From: Marine Group III euryarchaeote CG-Epi1
GTDB lineage: Archaea; Thermoplasmatota; Poseidoniia; MGIII; CG-Epi1
Reading direction: 5' to 3'
DNA length: 64,000 bases
Assembly (NCBI GenBank): GCA_001875345.1
Contig: MIZA01000021.1
Location: 6,222 to 70,221, forward strand
Shown here: one piece after another, positions 37,459 to 46,725 of the stretch
Layout: each line of letters starts with the position of its first letter
Numbering within the stretch: position 1 is the stretch's first letter
Translations under genes and position numbers: made by a program
The notes under the pieces: model-generated
What the model saw: only the letters and a program-made list of their open reading frames with translations
Database searches by the model: none
What the model was told of the DNA's origin: nothing

Positions 37459-38472
37459 TTAATTGTATGCAGATTTAGTTGTTGAAATAATTACTGCACC
37501 TATTTTGTACGGATCACCATTTGATGCTGGCCTTCTGTCTTCTAACCTTCCCTTCCATCCATCATCGATAGTACCTATAGGAATTCTAATTGAAGCCCCC
37601 CTGTCGGAAACCCCGTAAGAAAATTGATCAATTGACTGTGTTTCGTGCAGACCTGTTAATCTCTCTTCATTGTGAGCACCGTAAACGCTCATATGGGACT
37701 TAATGTTCTTTCCAAATTCTTCACAAATTTTATTGAAGGTTTCTTCACCACCTACATCTCTCATGGTTGAATCTGAAAAGTTAGCATGCATTCCTGAACC
37801 GTTCCAATCTCCTTTGATTGGTTTAGGGTGATATTCTATGTAATACCCGTAAATCTCAGTTAATCTATCAAGCATATATCTTGCAACCCAAAGTTCGTCT
37901 CCTGCTTTTTTGGCTCCTTTAGCAAATATTTGAAATTCCCATTGGCCACAAGCTACCTCTTGGTTGATACCTTCAAAACCCAGTCCAGCTTCTATGCATA
38001 AATCTGCGTGCTGCTCAACTAAATCTCTGCCATGAGTGTTTTTACCCCCTACTGAACAGTAGTACAGACCTTGTGGTCCAGGGTATCCTCCAACAGGGAA
38101 ACCCAGTGGCAGCTGTGTTTCAACATCCATAATAAAATACTCTTGCTCAAAACCAAACCAGAAATCACTATCATCGTCATCAATTGTCGCGCGGCCGTTA
38201 CTTGAATGGGGCGTACCGTCCGCATTCATGACTTCACACATTACTAAGAATCCACTTTCTCTCTGAGGGTCTGGATAGATTGCAACTGGTTTCAATACGC
38301 AATCTGAATCCCCACCATCTGCCTGCTTAGTAGACGAACCATCAAAACTCCACATTGGACATTCATCAAGATTGCCCCCGAAGTCTTTCCTAATCATTGT
38401 CTTACTTCGCATATTTTGTGTAGGTTCGTAACCATCAAGCCAAATGTATTCTAATTTTGAGAATTCGCTCAT
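37459..38472 (-). CDS. glnA: Glutamine synthetase type II (eukaryote/GSII-like short form)
   Basis: The 337 aa product, counted from ATG 38472, has the GSII hallmarks EYIWLDG, KPIKGDWNGSGMHANFS and GASIRIP. The ORF-track start at 38490 is GTG; ATG 38472 fits a TATA box at -26. Confidence 0.85.
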   Translation of the reverse strand: MSEFSKLEYIWLDGYEPTQNMRSKTMIRKDFGGNLDECPMWSFDGSSTKQADGGDSDCVLKPVAIYPDPQRESGFLVMCEVMNADGTPHSSNGRATIDDDDSDFWFGFEQEYFIMDVETQLPLGFPVGGYPGPQGLYYCSVGGKNTHGRDLVEQHADLCIEAGLGFEGINQEVACGQWEFQIFAKGAKKAGDELWVARYMLDRLTEIYGYYIEYHPKPIKGDWNGSGMHANFSDSTMRDVGGEETFNKICEEFGKNIKSHMSVYGAHNEERLTGLHETQSIDQFSYGVSDRGASIRIPIGTIDDGWKGRLEDRRPASNGDPYKIGAVIISTTKSAYN

Positions 38473-38491
38473 AATTTTATATTGTAACACA

Positions 38492-38503
38492 CTATATAAA
38501 AAA
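38492..38503 (-). promoter_or_regulatory. Candidate TATA box for glnA (tttttatatagt on minus strand), about 25 nt upstream of ATG 38472
   Basis: Canonical spacing for a leaderless archaeal transcript. Confidence 0.35.
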
Positions 38504-38564
38504 AGCGGATATATTGATTGAATGTAGCAGAAAAACCATTATAACTAACTTTATGCATACTAAT

Positions 38565-38574
38565 TTATATATAG
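38565..38574 (+). promoter_or_regulatory. Candidate TATA box for lrp (tttatatata), about 25 nt upstream of ATG 38595
   Basis: Canonical spacing. It lies in the divergent intergenic region shared with glnA. Confidence 0.35.
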
Positions 38575-38594
38575 GGCGAACATTTGTTCAATTT

Positions 38595-39041
38595 ATGGGC
38601 CTGAATGAAAAAGATTCTGAACTTTTGGTACAGTTAAGTAAAAATGGCAAAGCATCACAAAGAGAACTTGCTAGGGAAACTGGGGTTGCGCTGGGTACTG
38701 TGAATGCACATATTAAGCAACTTGAAAAGAACAAAGTAATAAAGGGATATTTTGCAGATATAGATCCCGAAAAAGTTGGGTTTAATCTTACTGCAATAAT
38801 CAATTTAAGAATTAAAAAAGGCACATTAATAGACGTACAGTCCTCAATTGCAGAGCATTCAAGAGTCTTCGGAGTTTACGATGTAACTGGTGAATGGGAC
38901 TCCTTAATTTTAGCGAGATTTAAAAATCGAGAGGAAATGGACAATTTTATTAAAACAACACTCTCACAAGAATATATCGAACGTACTAGCACGTCGCTTG
39001 TTCTAAATACAGTAAAGGAAGAGCCAAGAGTATTATTGTAA
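38595..39041 (+). CDS. lrp: Lrp/AsnC family transcriptional regulator
   Basis: The N-terminal HTH (ELLVQLSKNGKASQRELARETGVALGTVNAHIKQLEKNKVIKGY) is followed by a RAM/ACT-like C-terminal domain. The ORF-track start at 38514 adds an implausible N-terminal extension; the ATG at 38595 is preferred. Confidence 0.8.
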   Translation: MGLNEKDSELLVQLSKNGKASQRELARETGVALGTVNAHIKQLEKNKVIKGYFADIDPEKVGFNLTAIINLRIKKGTLIDVQSSIAEHSRVFGVYDVTGEWDSLILARFKNREEMDNFIKTTLSQEYIERTSTSLVLNTVKEEPRVLL

Positions 39042-39048
39042 TATCTAA

Positions 39049-39390
39049 TTAACGAAAATATTCGTTAACTGATTCAATTTGATCAATAGTTAACCCCCTT
39101 TGCAATTGACCATCCCACCTTTTTTTCAGAGCTCCATTTTCAAAAACAGCCATAGTTGGAACAACGTTAATGTTGAAAACATCCCACAATTTAGATTCTA
39201 CATCCGTAATATCAGCTATAAAAACATCAGAAATATCAGAATACTCAGTCCAATTGTTAAAGAAAGAGACACAATATGGGCACCAATCTGCGGAAAAAAT
39301 AACTACTGATTTACCATGATGTTCAATTAATCTATCAAACTCAAAATCATCTTGATTTATCTTTGGAATTAAATTTACTTCTTTTCCCAT
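39049..39390 (-). CDS. Thioredoxin-fold protein
   Basis: The 113 aa product has the WCPYC active-site motif in the usual position after beta1. Confidence 0.65.
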   Translation of the reverse strand: MGKEVNLIPKINQDDFEFDRLIEHHGKSVVIFSADWCPYCVSFFNNWTEYSDISDVFIADITDVESKLWDVFNINVVPTMAVFENGALKKRWDGQLQRGLTIDQIESVNEYFR

Positions 39391-39977
39391 ATCATTAAGG
39401 TTTCTCTATCAACTCTTTTACTAATTGAATCTCGCGGCATTTCCTCAGAAACTAGATTCCAATGTAATCCAAATACTTTATGCAACTCAGATTTTGTTAC
39501 GCCCCACGGAGGGCCACCTTCGTCTAATTCTTTATCCAAGGGCAAGAAAAGCCCAACTAATTTTCCACTAGGTTTCAATAGTTGCCAGACTACTCTATCG
39601 TATTCGAAACGGCGTAGAGGGCTAATTGCACAAAAACAGGTATACTCCATGACATAATCAAATGAGTAGTGAATGTCTTCAGGAAGATCAAAGATATCTG
39701 CTTTAATCAATGTTACATTAACGTTTGCATCTTCCGCGTTTAATCTTGTTGCTGAAATGGCATTACTTGTGAAATCTACAGCAGTTACATCAAAACCTTG
39801 CTTAGCAAACGTAACTGCATCGTACCCTCTGCCGCATCCAATAACACATATACGGCCTTTAGGTAGCTCTGTGGCTAATCTTTGAAAAATAGGAGTTGGT
39901 CCTCCTAGATCCCAACCATCCATTTCAGACTCATAGCAGGCCTCCCAAAATTCTGGAGTATTAACCGGATCTTCCAT
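39375..39977 (-). CDS. SAM-dependent methyltransferase, thiopurine/thiol S-methyltransferase (TPMT)-like
   Basis: The 200 aa product has the SAM-binding motif VIGCGRGYDAVTFAKQGFDVTAVDF and a TPMT-like N-terminal W...W region. It overlaps the thioredoxin gene by 16 nt. Confidence 0.6.
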   Translation of the reverse strand: MEDPVNTPEFWEACYESEMDGWDLGGPTPIFQRLATELPKGRICVIGCGRGYDAVTFAKQGFDVTAVDFTSNAISATRLNAEDANVNVTLIKADIFDLPEDIHYSFDYVMEYTCFCAISPLRRFEYDRVVWQLLKPSGKLVGLFLPLDKELDEGGPPWGVTKSELHKVFGLHWNLVSEEMPRDSISKRVDRETLMIWEKK

Positions 39978-40047
39978 TTTTATCGCAAAGAGAAGTACCG
40001 TTAAAAAACAAGGGTAGACTTTTTGAAACCACTCTTAATCTAGTAAC

Positions 40048-40527
40048 ATGACTGATGTATTGATGCGAACAAGTGCTGGAGACATTACTATAGAGCTATT
40101 TGATGATAAGGCTCCAAAAACAGTGGAAAATTTTCTGAAACTAGTTGACAAAAAATTCTATAACGGATTGCATTTCCACAGAATAATCAAGGACTTTATG
40201 TTACAAGGAGGATGTCCAAATTCGAAAGATCCTAATAGTCCAAAGGCTGGAACTGGAGGCCCAGGATACCAAATTAATTGTGAATTCCATCCAGAATTAA
40301 AACATGATAGACCAGGATTGCTTTCGATGGCAAACGCAGGACCTAATACTGGAGGATCTCAATTTTTCTTAACCACGGTACCAACACCTTGGCTGGACGG
40401 AGCTCATGCCATTTTTGGAGAGGTTACAGAGGGTATGAACGTAGTAAAAAAAATAGAGAGTTGTAAAACTGGCCACATGGACAGGCCAAATAAACCTCAA
40501 AAAATAATCTCAGTTAATAGAACATAA
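40048..40527 (+). CDS. Peptidyl-prolyl cis-trans isomerase, cyclophilin type
   Basis: The 159 aa product has [13 protein letters not shown] and [17 protein letters not shown], which are cyclophilin signature regions. Confidence 0.9.
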   Translation: MTDVLMRTSAGDITIELFDDKAPKTVENFLKLVDKKFYNGLHFHRIIKDFMLQGGCPNSKDPNSPKAGTGGPGYQINCEFHPELKHDRPGLLSMANAGPNTGGSQFFLTTVPTPWLDGAHAIFGEVTEGMNVVKKIESCKTGHMDRPNKPQKIISVNRT

Positions 40528-40579
40528 TAACAATTAACGGTCAAGAGCAAACGATTACTTTTCCAATTTATTAAAAAAA

Positions 40580-42385
40580 TTAATCATCGGTAGATGAACC
40601 TTCATCCATATAAGGCACATCTATGTCTAACTGAGCAATATACAAACCTGAAGTTATACAAGAAAGATATGTATATCCATCATGATACTCTGCAGCCCAT
40701 AAGAAAGGAATCCATCCAAAATCATAGAAATTAGAATCGAGAGGCTCCCCATATGCATTATTTTGAGGTAAAATATAAGCAACAGTCGATGCTAGATGTG
40801 ATGCATTTCTATCTTCATAGTTGCCTGTGGCTATCATAGATTCAACATCGACAATCCACAGCCCCGCATGATAATGAGATATGTACAATCTACCATCCCA
40901 TCCTCCACCATAACTTTGATCAGGTTTCTCATCGTCAGTTATGAAATGACCTGAATCCAAATTATGTGGACTGAAAAGTAACCATTCATCCCCATCAGAA
41001 TGAGGTTCACAAGAAGAACCAAAGCAGTGTAAACCAGAAGTTGGAATTTCCCAATCACCGACTAATTTAGGAAGGAAACGCAAATTACCATTAACAACTT
41101 CATAATCTGTGTTATCAATAATGTATATCATTCCTGTACCAACGTATGTGGATAATACTTCAACTGCAGCAGTAATCAAATGCCTTTCACCTTCAAGTTC
41201 AGGAACTATATGAGAAATATCTACCATTTCAGGATAAGGCTCAGTGTAGTGAATGTAAGATGAACGGCCTCCGTTCTCATTTCCAGTTGAACCGCTGTCT
41301 GGTTGACCATCCCCATCAAAATCTGCAAAATCCATCCAATAACCCACTTCTGGAGCCCTCCAAAGACAAGTTACAGGAGAACCTACTGTACTCTTACAGC
41401 CTAACCCATAAAAGAGATAATTTTCAGGACTATTAACTGGATGAGGGACATCTGTAACATCTCCTATTCTAACACCAGCTTCCCAATATGCCCCATAAAC
41501 ATAAGTACGTTCATATCGTGGATCTAGGGGGTCATTTCCTGGCCAAGTTTGAACTGTCATATCATGAATGTAAATCCACCCTCCTCTAGTTGTTTCCCAA
41601 GCAACTTCATACTCACCTACTTTGATTACAGTATGACCATAACCAGAACCTGGTACTCCTTCTAATGTTCTAGCTGCAGAGCCTTGAAGATTCAAATGAG
41701 CAATGGTAACTCCACCACATGCTTCACCTACAGCAATATCACAACCTTCATAATCAGGATTAGCGACAAAAATATACCATTCGTTGTCAATCATATGCGT
41801 ATACAAATTATGTGGCCCAGAAGGGTGGTCTGAATCATACCAGCTGTCTACCCAAACTGGGTTAGTTTTGTCAGTAACATCTACAAGAACTACACTAACT
41901 TGTGTAGGATCTCCCCACTCACCTACTTGAGGATCTGCATATCCAGGATCTACCAGTTGATTCTGAAGAATAACATATTCTCTACCACTAAATTCTAGGT
42001 ATTTAATATCTAAAAGCTGAGTATTTGGGTCTGTATACTTACCCATAACTGTTGTATTGTATGGATCGGTCACATCAGTTATGTGAAATTCTGACCAACC
42101 TGCTTGATAAGCATAGGTTCGACCGTCCGGAGAATCTGCTACTGTAACTTCAGCATTTCCTCCATTAGTCAAAGGATTGTAGGAAATTTGCTCAATATTA
42201 CCACTACTCATGTTATGCATTGAAGCATCCATGTGATCATGACCCTCCTCTTGAATTAAAGGATCTTCTAAAACAACGATATCTTCACTTAAAACAGTTT
42301 CCTCATCTGAAACCAAAAAATAAGCTGTACCGCTTACTAAACTCAAAGAAATCAAAACTGCTAATGCCATTTCCTTCGTTTGCAT
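40580..42385 (-). CDS. Secreted or membrane-anchored beta-propeller-like protein with LVIVD-type repeats
   Basis: The 601 aa product has an N-terminal signal anchor. Repeats include VSVVLVDVTDKTNP and ITDVTDPYN, resembling LVIVD repeats of archaeal surface proteins. It is Trp/Tyr/Asp-rich. Confidence 0.4.
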   Translation of the reverse strand: MQTKEMALAVLISLSLVSGTAYFLVSDEETVLSEDIVVLEDPLIQEEGHDHMDASMHNMSSGNIEQISYNPLTNGGNAEVTVADSPDGRTYAYQAGWSEFHITDVTDPYNTTVMGKYTDPNTQLLDIKYLEFSGREYVILQNQLVDPGYADPQVGEWGDPTQVSVVLVDVTDKTNPVWVDSWYDSDHPSGPHNLYTHMIDNEWYIFVANPDYEGCDIAVGEACGGVTIAHLNLQGSAARTLEGVPGSGYGHTVIKVGEYEVAWETTRGGWIYIHDMTVQTWPGNDPLDPRYERTYVYGAYWEAGVRIGDVTDVPHPVNSPENYLFYGLGCKSTVGSPVTCLWRAPEVGYWMDFADFDGDGQPDSGSTGNENGGRSSYIHYTEPYPEMVDISHIVPELEGERHLITAAVEVLSTYVGTGMIYIIDNTDYEVVNGNLRFLPKLVGDWEIPTSGLHCFGSSCEPHSDGDEWLLFSPHNLDSGHFITDDEKPDQSYGGGWDGRLYISHYHAGLWIVDVESMIATGNYEDRNASHLASTVAYILPQNNAYGEPLDSNFYDFGWIPFLWAAEYHDGYTYLSCITSGLYIAQLDIDVPYMDEGSSTDD

Positions 42386-42435
42386 TATTTTGAGCAGTAT
42401 AACCTTTTATTTATAGCCTATTTAGGTGTAATAAC

Positions 42436-43056
42436 ATGAAGGCTAGTAAAATCGTAATTAGCATAGCTGTTGCAATTCTTGTCAGCTTTCAAGTATATTC
42501 TCCGACAGTTTCTGCACATACCGGAGAAAATTTCATGATTATAATTAAGGAAAACGGGAGCGTCCCCGGAAATCCAACAATGATGGTAAACGACAGTGCA
42601 CTGTGGGTTAATGTTGACAACAGAGATAATGTTACTCATCAAATTTTTGTCGATGCAAATTCGGATGGAATCTACAATGGCAGTGATGACTGGAAATCTT
42701 TAAACTTGACACATGAAGGAAATTGCAGAAACGATAACGGAACTAGGATTGAAAACTGTGAAGCTAGCTACACAGTCACTTTTAATGAAACTGTAATGAA
42801 CATGAGCTATTATGATATAGTTGGCACATATGCCTATGTTGATATTGATTCTAACGGAACAAAGTTTTACGGAAACATAACTGTGATTCCAGAATTACAC
42901 GTAACTGCTGGATTCCAAGATACAAATGCTAATAATATAGATGAGGCTAAAGACGAAGAGGAAGATTCAAGCCTTCTTTTGATTATAGCGGCTGCCTCTG
43001 CACTAGGGGCTATGATACTGGGGGGAATGATTCTTTTTGGTAACGAAGAAGAATAA
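42436..43056 (+). CDS. Secreted protein with cupredoxin-like N-terminal strand pattern and C-terminal TM anchor
   Basis: A signal peptide is present. NFMIIIKENGSVPGNPTMMVNDSALWVNVDNRDNVTHQIFVD resembles the first strands of plastocyanin-like domains, but no downstream Cys/His/Met copper ligand set is present. A C-terminal hydrophobic helix + EEE follows, and several N-x-S/T sequons occur. Confidence 0.35.
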   Translation: MKASKIVISIAVAILVSFQVYSPTVSAHTGENFMIIIKENGSVPGNPTMMVNDSALWVNVDNRDNVTHQIFVDANSDGIYNGSDDWKSLNLTHEGNCRNDNGTRIENCEASYTVTFNETVMNMSYYDIVGTYAYVDIDSNGTKFYGNITVIPELHVTAGFQDTNANNIDEAKDEEEDSSLLLIIAAASALGAMILGGMILFGNEEE

Positions 43057-43567
43057 AAATTACATTAAAATTCTCTTTCTTAGTTTAATTTCATTCTCTG
43101 CTATTCTGAGCGTATATCATCTTAATACATCTGATGAAGATGAAGCTGAGAATGAAAGTTCTTACTTGAAAAGTGAGATATGCTATTACGCGTTAAATGG
43201 AATTATTGCCGATCATCACTACCATTTACAATTAAATATAACCATAGAGGATGAAAGAATTGAAATTCCTATGAATATCGGCTTTGAAAGAGACTCTGAA
43301 GGCAATACGATTTTCTTACATCCAATACATACTTATGACAATAGTGGCAGAATACATGTTGAAACATCCAAAAATGCTACTGCAGAACTTGGTTTTTTCT
43401 TTGAAATATGGGGAAAAGATTTTTCAAATAATAAAATACTTAATAATACTTCAAATGAAGATTATAGTGTTAACATGTTTCTTAACGGAGAACAGGTAGA
43501 AACATTTGAGAAAACCGTTCTTGAACCTTATTCATTTATTGAAATATTTTACACAAAGAATGACTAA
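43037..43567 (+). CDS. Hypothetical protein with N-terminal signal/anchor helix
   Basis: The 176 aa product overlaps the upstream gene by 20 nt. No recognisable motifs were found. Confidence 0.3.
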   Translation: MVTKKNKNYIKILFLSLISFSAILSVYHLNTSDEDEAENESSYLKSEICYYALNGIIADHHYHLQLNITIEDERIEIPMNIGFERDSEGNTIFLHPIHTYDNSGRIHVETSKNATAELGFFFEIWGKDFSNNKILNNTSNEDYSVNMFLNGEQVETFEKTVLEPYSFIEIFYTKND

Positions 43568-43598
43568 AGCTTATTTTAGCGGGCCAAGGTAATATCTT

Positions 43599-45065
43599 AT
43601 GACATCTGTAGTTGAAGGATTAAAACCTGAAATTATATGGAAACATTTTGAAACTCTCACAAAGATTCCTAGGCCTTCTAAGCACGAAGGTAAAATACTT
43701 GCTTATATCAAAAAATTTGCAAATGAAAGACATTTTGAAATAAGAGAAGACGCAACCGGAAACATTGTTGTACTGAGACCTGGTAGCGGAAGTGGAAAAA
43801 ATGCTCCAACAATTATAATTCAAAGCCATGTGGATATGGTTTGCGAAAAAAATAGAGACTCTCAGCACGATTTTATGAATGATCCACTTAAGTTGTACAT
43901 CGATAATGGATGGCTAAAGGCTGATGGTACGACATTAGGTGCAGATAATGGAATTGGAGTTGCTGCTGCAATGGCGTTATTAGATTTACCAGAAAATACA
44001 CCATTGCCTCCTCTTGAATGCTTATTCACAGTTGACGAGGAAACTGGTTTAACTGGAGCATTCGCACTAAATGGAGAAATACTAAAAGGAAGAACCATGC
44101 TAAACCTAGATACAGAAGATTGGGGAGAAATTTGTATAGGTTGCGCAGGCGGAGGAGATTCTAGCATTAATTTACCAGTTAATTACGTTGAGGCACCTGC
44201 AGATTATTTATCTTTTCAACTTTCTGTGGAGGGTCTAAAAGGAGGTCACTCTGGTGTAGACATACATGAAGAAAGAGGAAATGCAATAGTTTTCATATCA
44301 TCTATAATTGATGATATTTTAGAACATGCTAAAATTTCTATTACCTCTTTAGAAGGAGGAGATAAACATAATGCAATACCTAGAGAAGCATTTGCTCAAC
44401 TTTACATTCATCCAGAATCAGTTTCAGACGCACAAAATTCTGTAGCTAACATAGCTAGGGCACTGAAAAATGAATTTGGAACAATGGAGCCAAATTTTGA
44501 CATTAAATTTACTGGCTCTAGCGAACTACCAGATAAGTGCCTTTCAGATAGTAGCCAGATGGAACTAATAGGATTGCTAAGAACATTACCTCATGGAGTT
44601 CTCAAGTATTCTCACGACGTGCAAGGATTAGTGGAAACTTCTAATAATTTAGCATCGGTTAAAAAAATCCACGATAAAATTAACATTGTATGCTCTACAA
44701 GATCGTCAATTTCAGAGGCCCTGGAATCACAAAGAAAAAGAATAAGGATAATGTCTGAAGCTTTTGGAGCTGTAGCTGAGCAGGATGAAGCATATCCTGG
44801 ATGGGCACCTAACATAAACTCTCCTGTGTTAGAAACAACTACAAAGATATATACTGAATTACTAGGTAAAGACCCACACATATGTGCTATACATGCTGGC
44901 CTAGAATGTGGTGTAATAGGAGAAAAAGTTAAGGGTATGGATATGGTTTCTTTTGGACCGACAATAAAAGGACCTCACTCTCCTGATGAAAGAGTCGAGA
45001 TTTCTTCTGTAGATAAATTTTGGGATTTATTACTTAAAATATTAAATGAACTTTCAAAGAAGTGA
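43599..45065 (+). CDS. pepD: Aminoacyl-histidine (Xaa-His) dipeptidase PepD, M20 family
   Basis: The 488 aa product has the M20 metal-binding regions HVDMV and ADNGIGVAA... The overall PepD/cytosol non-specific dipeptidase architecture is present. Confidence 0.75.
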   Translation: MTSVVEGLKPEIIWKHFETLTKIPRPSKHEGKILAYIKKFANERHFEIREDATGNIVVLRPGSGSGKNAPTIIIQSHVDMVCEKNRDSQHDFMNDPLKLYIDNGWLKADGTTLGADNGIGVAAAMALLDLPENTPLPPLECLFTVDEETGLTGAFALNGEILKGRTMLNLDTEDWGEICIGCAGGGDSSINLPVNYVEAPADYLSFQLSVEGLKGGHSGVDIHEERGNAIVFISSIIDDILEHAKISITSLEGGDKHNAIPREAFAQLYIHPESVSDAQNSVANIARALKNEFGTMEPNFDIKFTGSSELPDKCLSDSSQMELIGLLRTLPHGVLKYSHDVQGLVETSNNLASVKKIHDKINIVCSTRSSISEALESQRKRIRIMSEAFGAVAEQDEAYPGWAPNINSPVLETTTKIYTELLGKDPHICAIHAGLECGVIGEKVKGMDMVSFGPTIKGPHSPDERVEISSVDKFWDLLLKILNELSKK

Positions 45066-45068
45066 AAC

Positions 45069-45719
45069 TTGATTAAAAACATTAGAAATAATTTAGAAAT
45101 AGAATTACCTGGAATAAAATCATGGAATCGAATGACTGTTGAGCCAATGCAAGACAGCAGAACTATCAATGAGAAAATTATAAATTACAAAGAGTGGTCA
45201 TCTAAAGAAAATGTAAAAAATATGAAAAAAGCAGCCGTACTAGTTTGCTTTTTTAGAAAAAATAACGAATATTATTTTCCGTTAATAAAACGTCCTATGC
45301 ACGAGAGAAATCATCCTGGTCAAATTGCACTACCTGGCGGATCTATGGAGAAAAATGAAGCCTTGATGACAACTGCATTGAGAGAAGCATTTGAGGAAGT
45401 TGGAATTCAACCAAATGATGTTGACGTCATCGGAGAAATGACACCATTACCTGTTCCTGTTTCAAGATACTTGATTTATCCATTTATAGGCATAACTGAA
45501 GCTGAACCCAAATGGATACTTAACGAGAAGGAAGTTGACGAACTTATAGTATTAAAATTCGTTGACTTAATTAACTCTGATAATGGATATTATGAAGAGT
45601 GGAACCTCAAAGATAAAATGCTTAAAGTACCCATATTCAAAATTATGAACATAAAAATATGGGGAGCTACAGCTGCAATTCTCAGTGAATTAATAGATTT
45701 ATCGAAGGATTCTAGCTAA
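45069..45719 (+). CDS. Nudix hydrolase, CoA pyrophosphatase-like; start uncertain (TTG 45069 / ATG 45132)
   Basis: The Nudix box is LPGGSMEKNEALMTTALREAFEEVGI. The upstream AAVLV region is typical of NudL-type CoA pyrophosphatases. Confidence 0.65.
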   Translation: MIKNIRNNLEIELPGIKSWNRMTVEPMQDSRTINEKIINYKEWSSKENVKNMKKAAVLVCFFRKNNEYYFPLIKRPMHERNHPGQIALPGGSMEKNEALMTTALREAFEEVGIQPNDVDVIGEMTPLPVPVSRYLIYPFIGITEAEPKWILNEKEVDELIVLKFVDLINSDNGYYEEWNLKDKMLKVPIFKIMNIKIWGATAAILSELIDLSKDSS

Positions 45720-46659
45720 ATAAAGAATTCAAAGGCTGAACTAAATTAGTCGAAAAAATATCTCCGAAGAATGCTGTCATTATAAATGATAAAGCCAGTG
45801 GAATAATGTATGGAACTTTGAATGTAATCCAAGGATTTTTTATCCCCATATTTTCTAATTTTTCCCATTCTTTATCTGAATCCAATTTATGTTTAACAAA
45901 AGCCACCATGATCACTTTTTCTCCGATTGCTTGTTGCATCGGCCAAACAAAGCTCTCTCTGGCTTTACTTAATTCCATTTTTGTTCCAAAGAAAATCTGG
46001 AAAAAAGGACTTTCTAGATTTCCTTTAACTATATTATAAAAAGCTAAACTGAATGGAATTAGTAAGTAAAGTAAAAGTGAATTCATAAATATTACAAAGG
46101 GGTATGGAAAACCACGTGTATCAAAAGCTGTTAAAGATTCACCAGTAAATGAAAAAGAAAAAGGAGTAATCAAACTAATTGCCATAATTGCTTTGACATC
46201 CGCACCACCTATGGTTGGACCGAAATAAAACCAAATGTACATTAAAATCATTAATAGTGGAATAGAAATTAAATCAATTAATTGGTAATTATTCTTCGAA
46301 ATATCATTTGAATCAAAACTAAAAAAGAAATATATAGAACAAAAAATTGCAATATACTGACTAGATTTCCAGAGCATTACTTGATTCTTATCCAATACGT
46401 ATTCGTCCACAAAAGAATTAAAAAATAGAGTGAAAGTTGCAAATAGTAAAGCCCAAAGATATATCCCAAAATCTTCCCAAATTGAATTTACTTCATAAAT
46501 TAATAATAAAGAACCTAAGATTCCTCCATAAATCCAAACCAAATTTGAGACTCTTCGTGTTTTTAAATCAGACCAGGAACCATATGAAAGCATGACAAAT
46601 CCAATTAGAAAACGTAACGTGTCAATACTATCCATATTTATGTAAATTAGCGACAGCAT
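45712..46659 (-). CDS. Archaeal type IV prepilin / preflagellin-like peptidase (A24 family) with C-terminal extension
   Basis: The first catalytic Asp context is SDLKTRRVSN and the second is GGADVKA. Both match A24 aspartyl peptidases (FlaK/PibD-like). The multi-TM core is followed by about 100 aa extra. Confidence 0.65.
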   Translation of the reverse strand: MLSLIYINMDSIDTLRFLIGFVMLSYGSWSDLKTRRVSNLVWIYGGILGSLLLIYEVNSIWEDFGIYLWALLFATFTLFFNSFVDEYVLDKNQVMLWKSSQYIAIFCSIYFFFSFDSNDISKNNYQLIDLISIPLLMILMYIWFYFGPTIGGADVKAIMAISLITPFSFSFTGESLTAFDTRGFPYPFVIFMNSLLLYLLIPFSLAFYNIVKGNLESPFFQIFFGTKMELSKARESFVWPMQQAIGEKVIMVAFVKHKLDSDKEWEKLENMGIKNPWITFKVPYIIPLALSFIMTAFFGDIFSTNLVQPLNSLFS

Positions 46660-46725
46660 ATTAATATATCTTTATTCTACGATTATATTGAATACATTTT
46701 ATATACTAAACCAAATTCGCAAAGT

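Noticed and set aside
38514-38594. N-terminal extension of the Lrp ORF starting at 38514
   Set aside because: The extension (MIECSRKTIITNFMHTNLYIGRTFVQF) is not Lrp-like and contains the TATA-like element. The ATG at 38595 gives a canonical Lrp N-terminus and correct promoter spacing.
42418-42642. 74 aa minus-strand ORF overlapping the signal-peptide gene at 42436
   Set aside because: It is antisense to an ORF with a clear signal peptide and lies in an AT-rich region that favours spurious ORFs.
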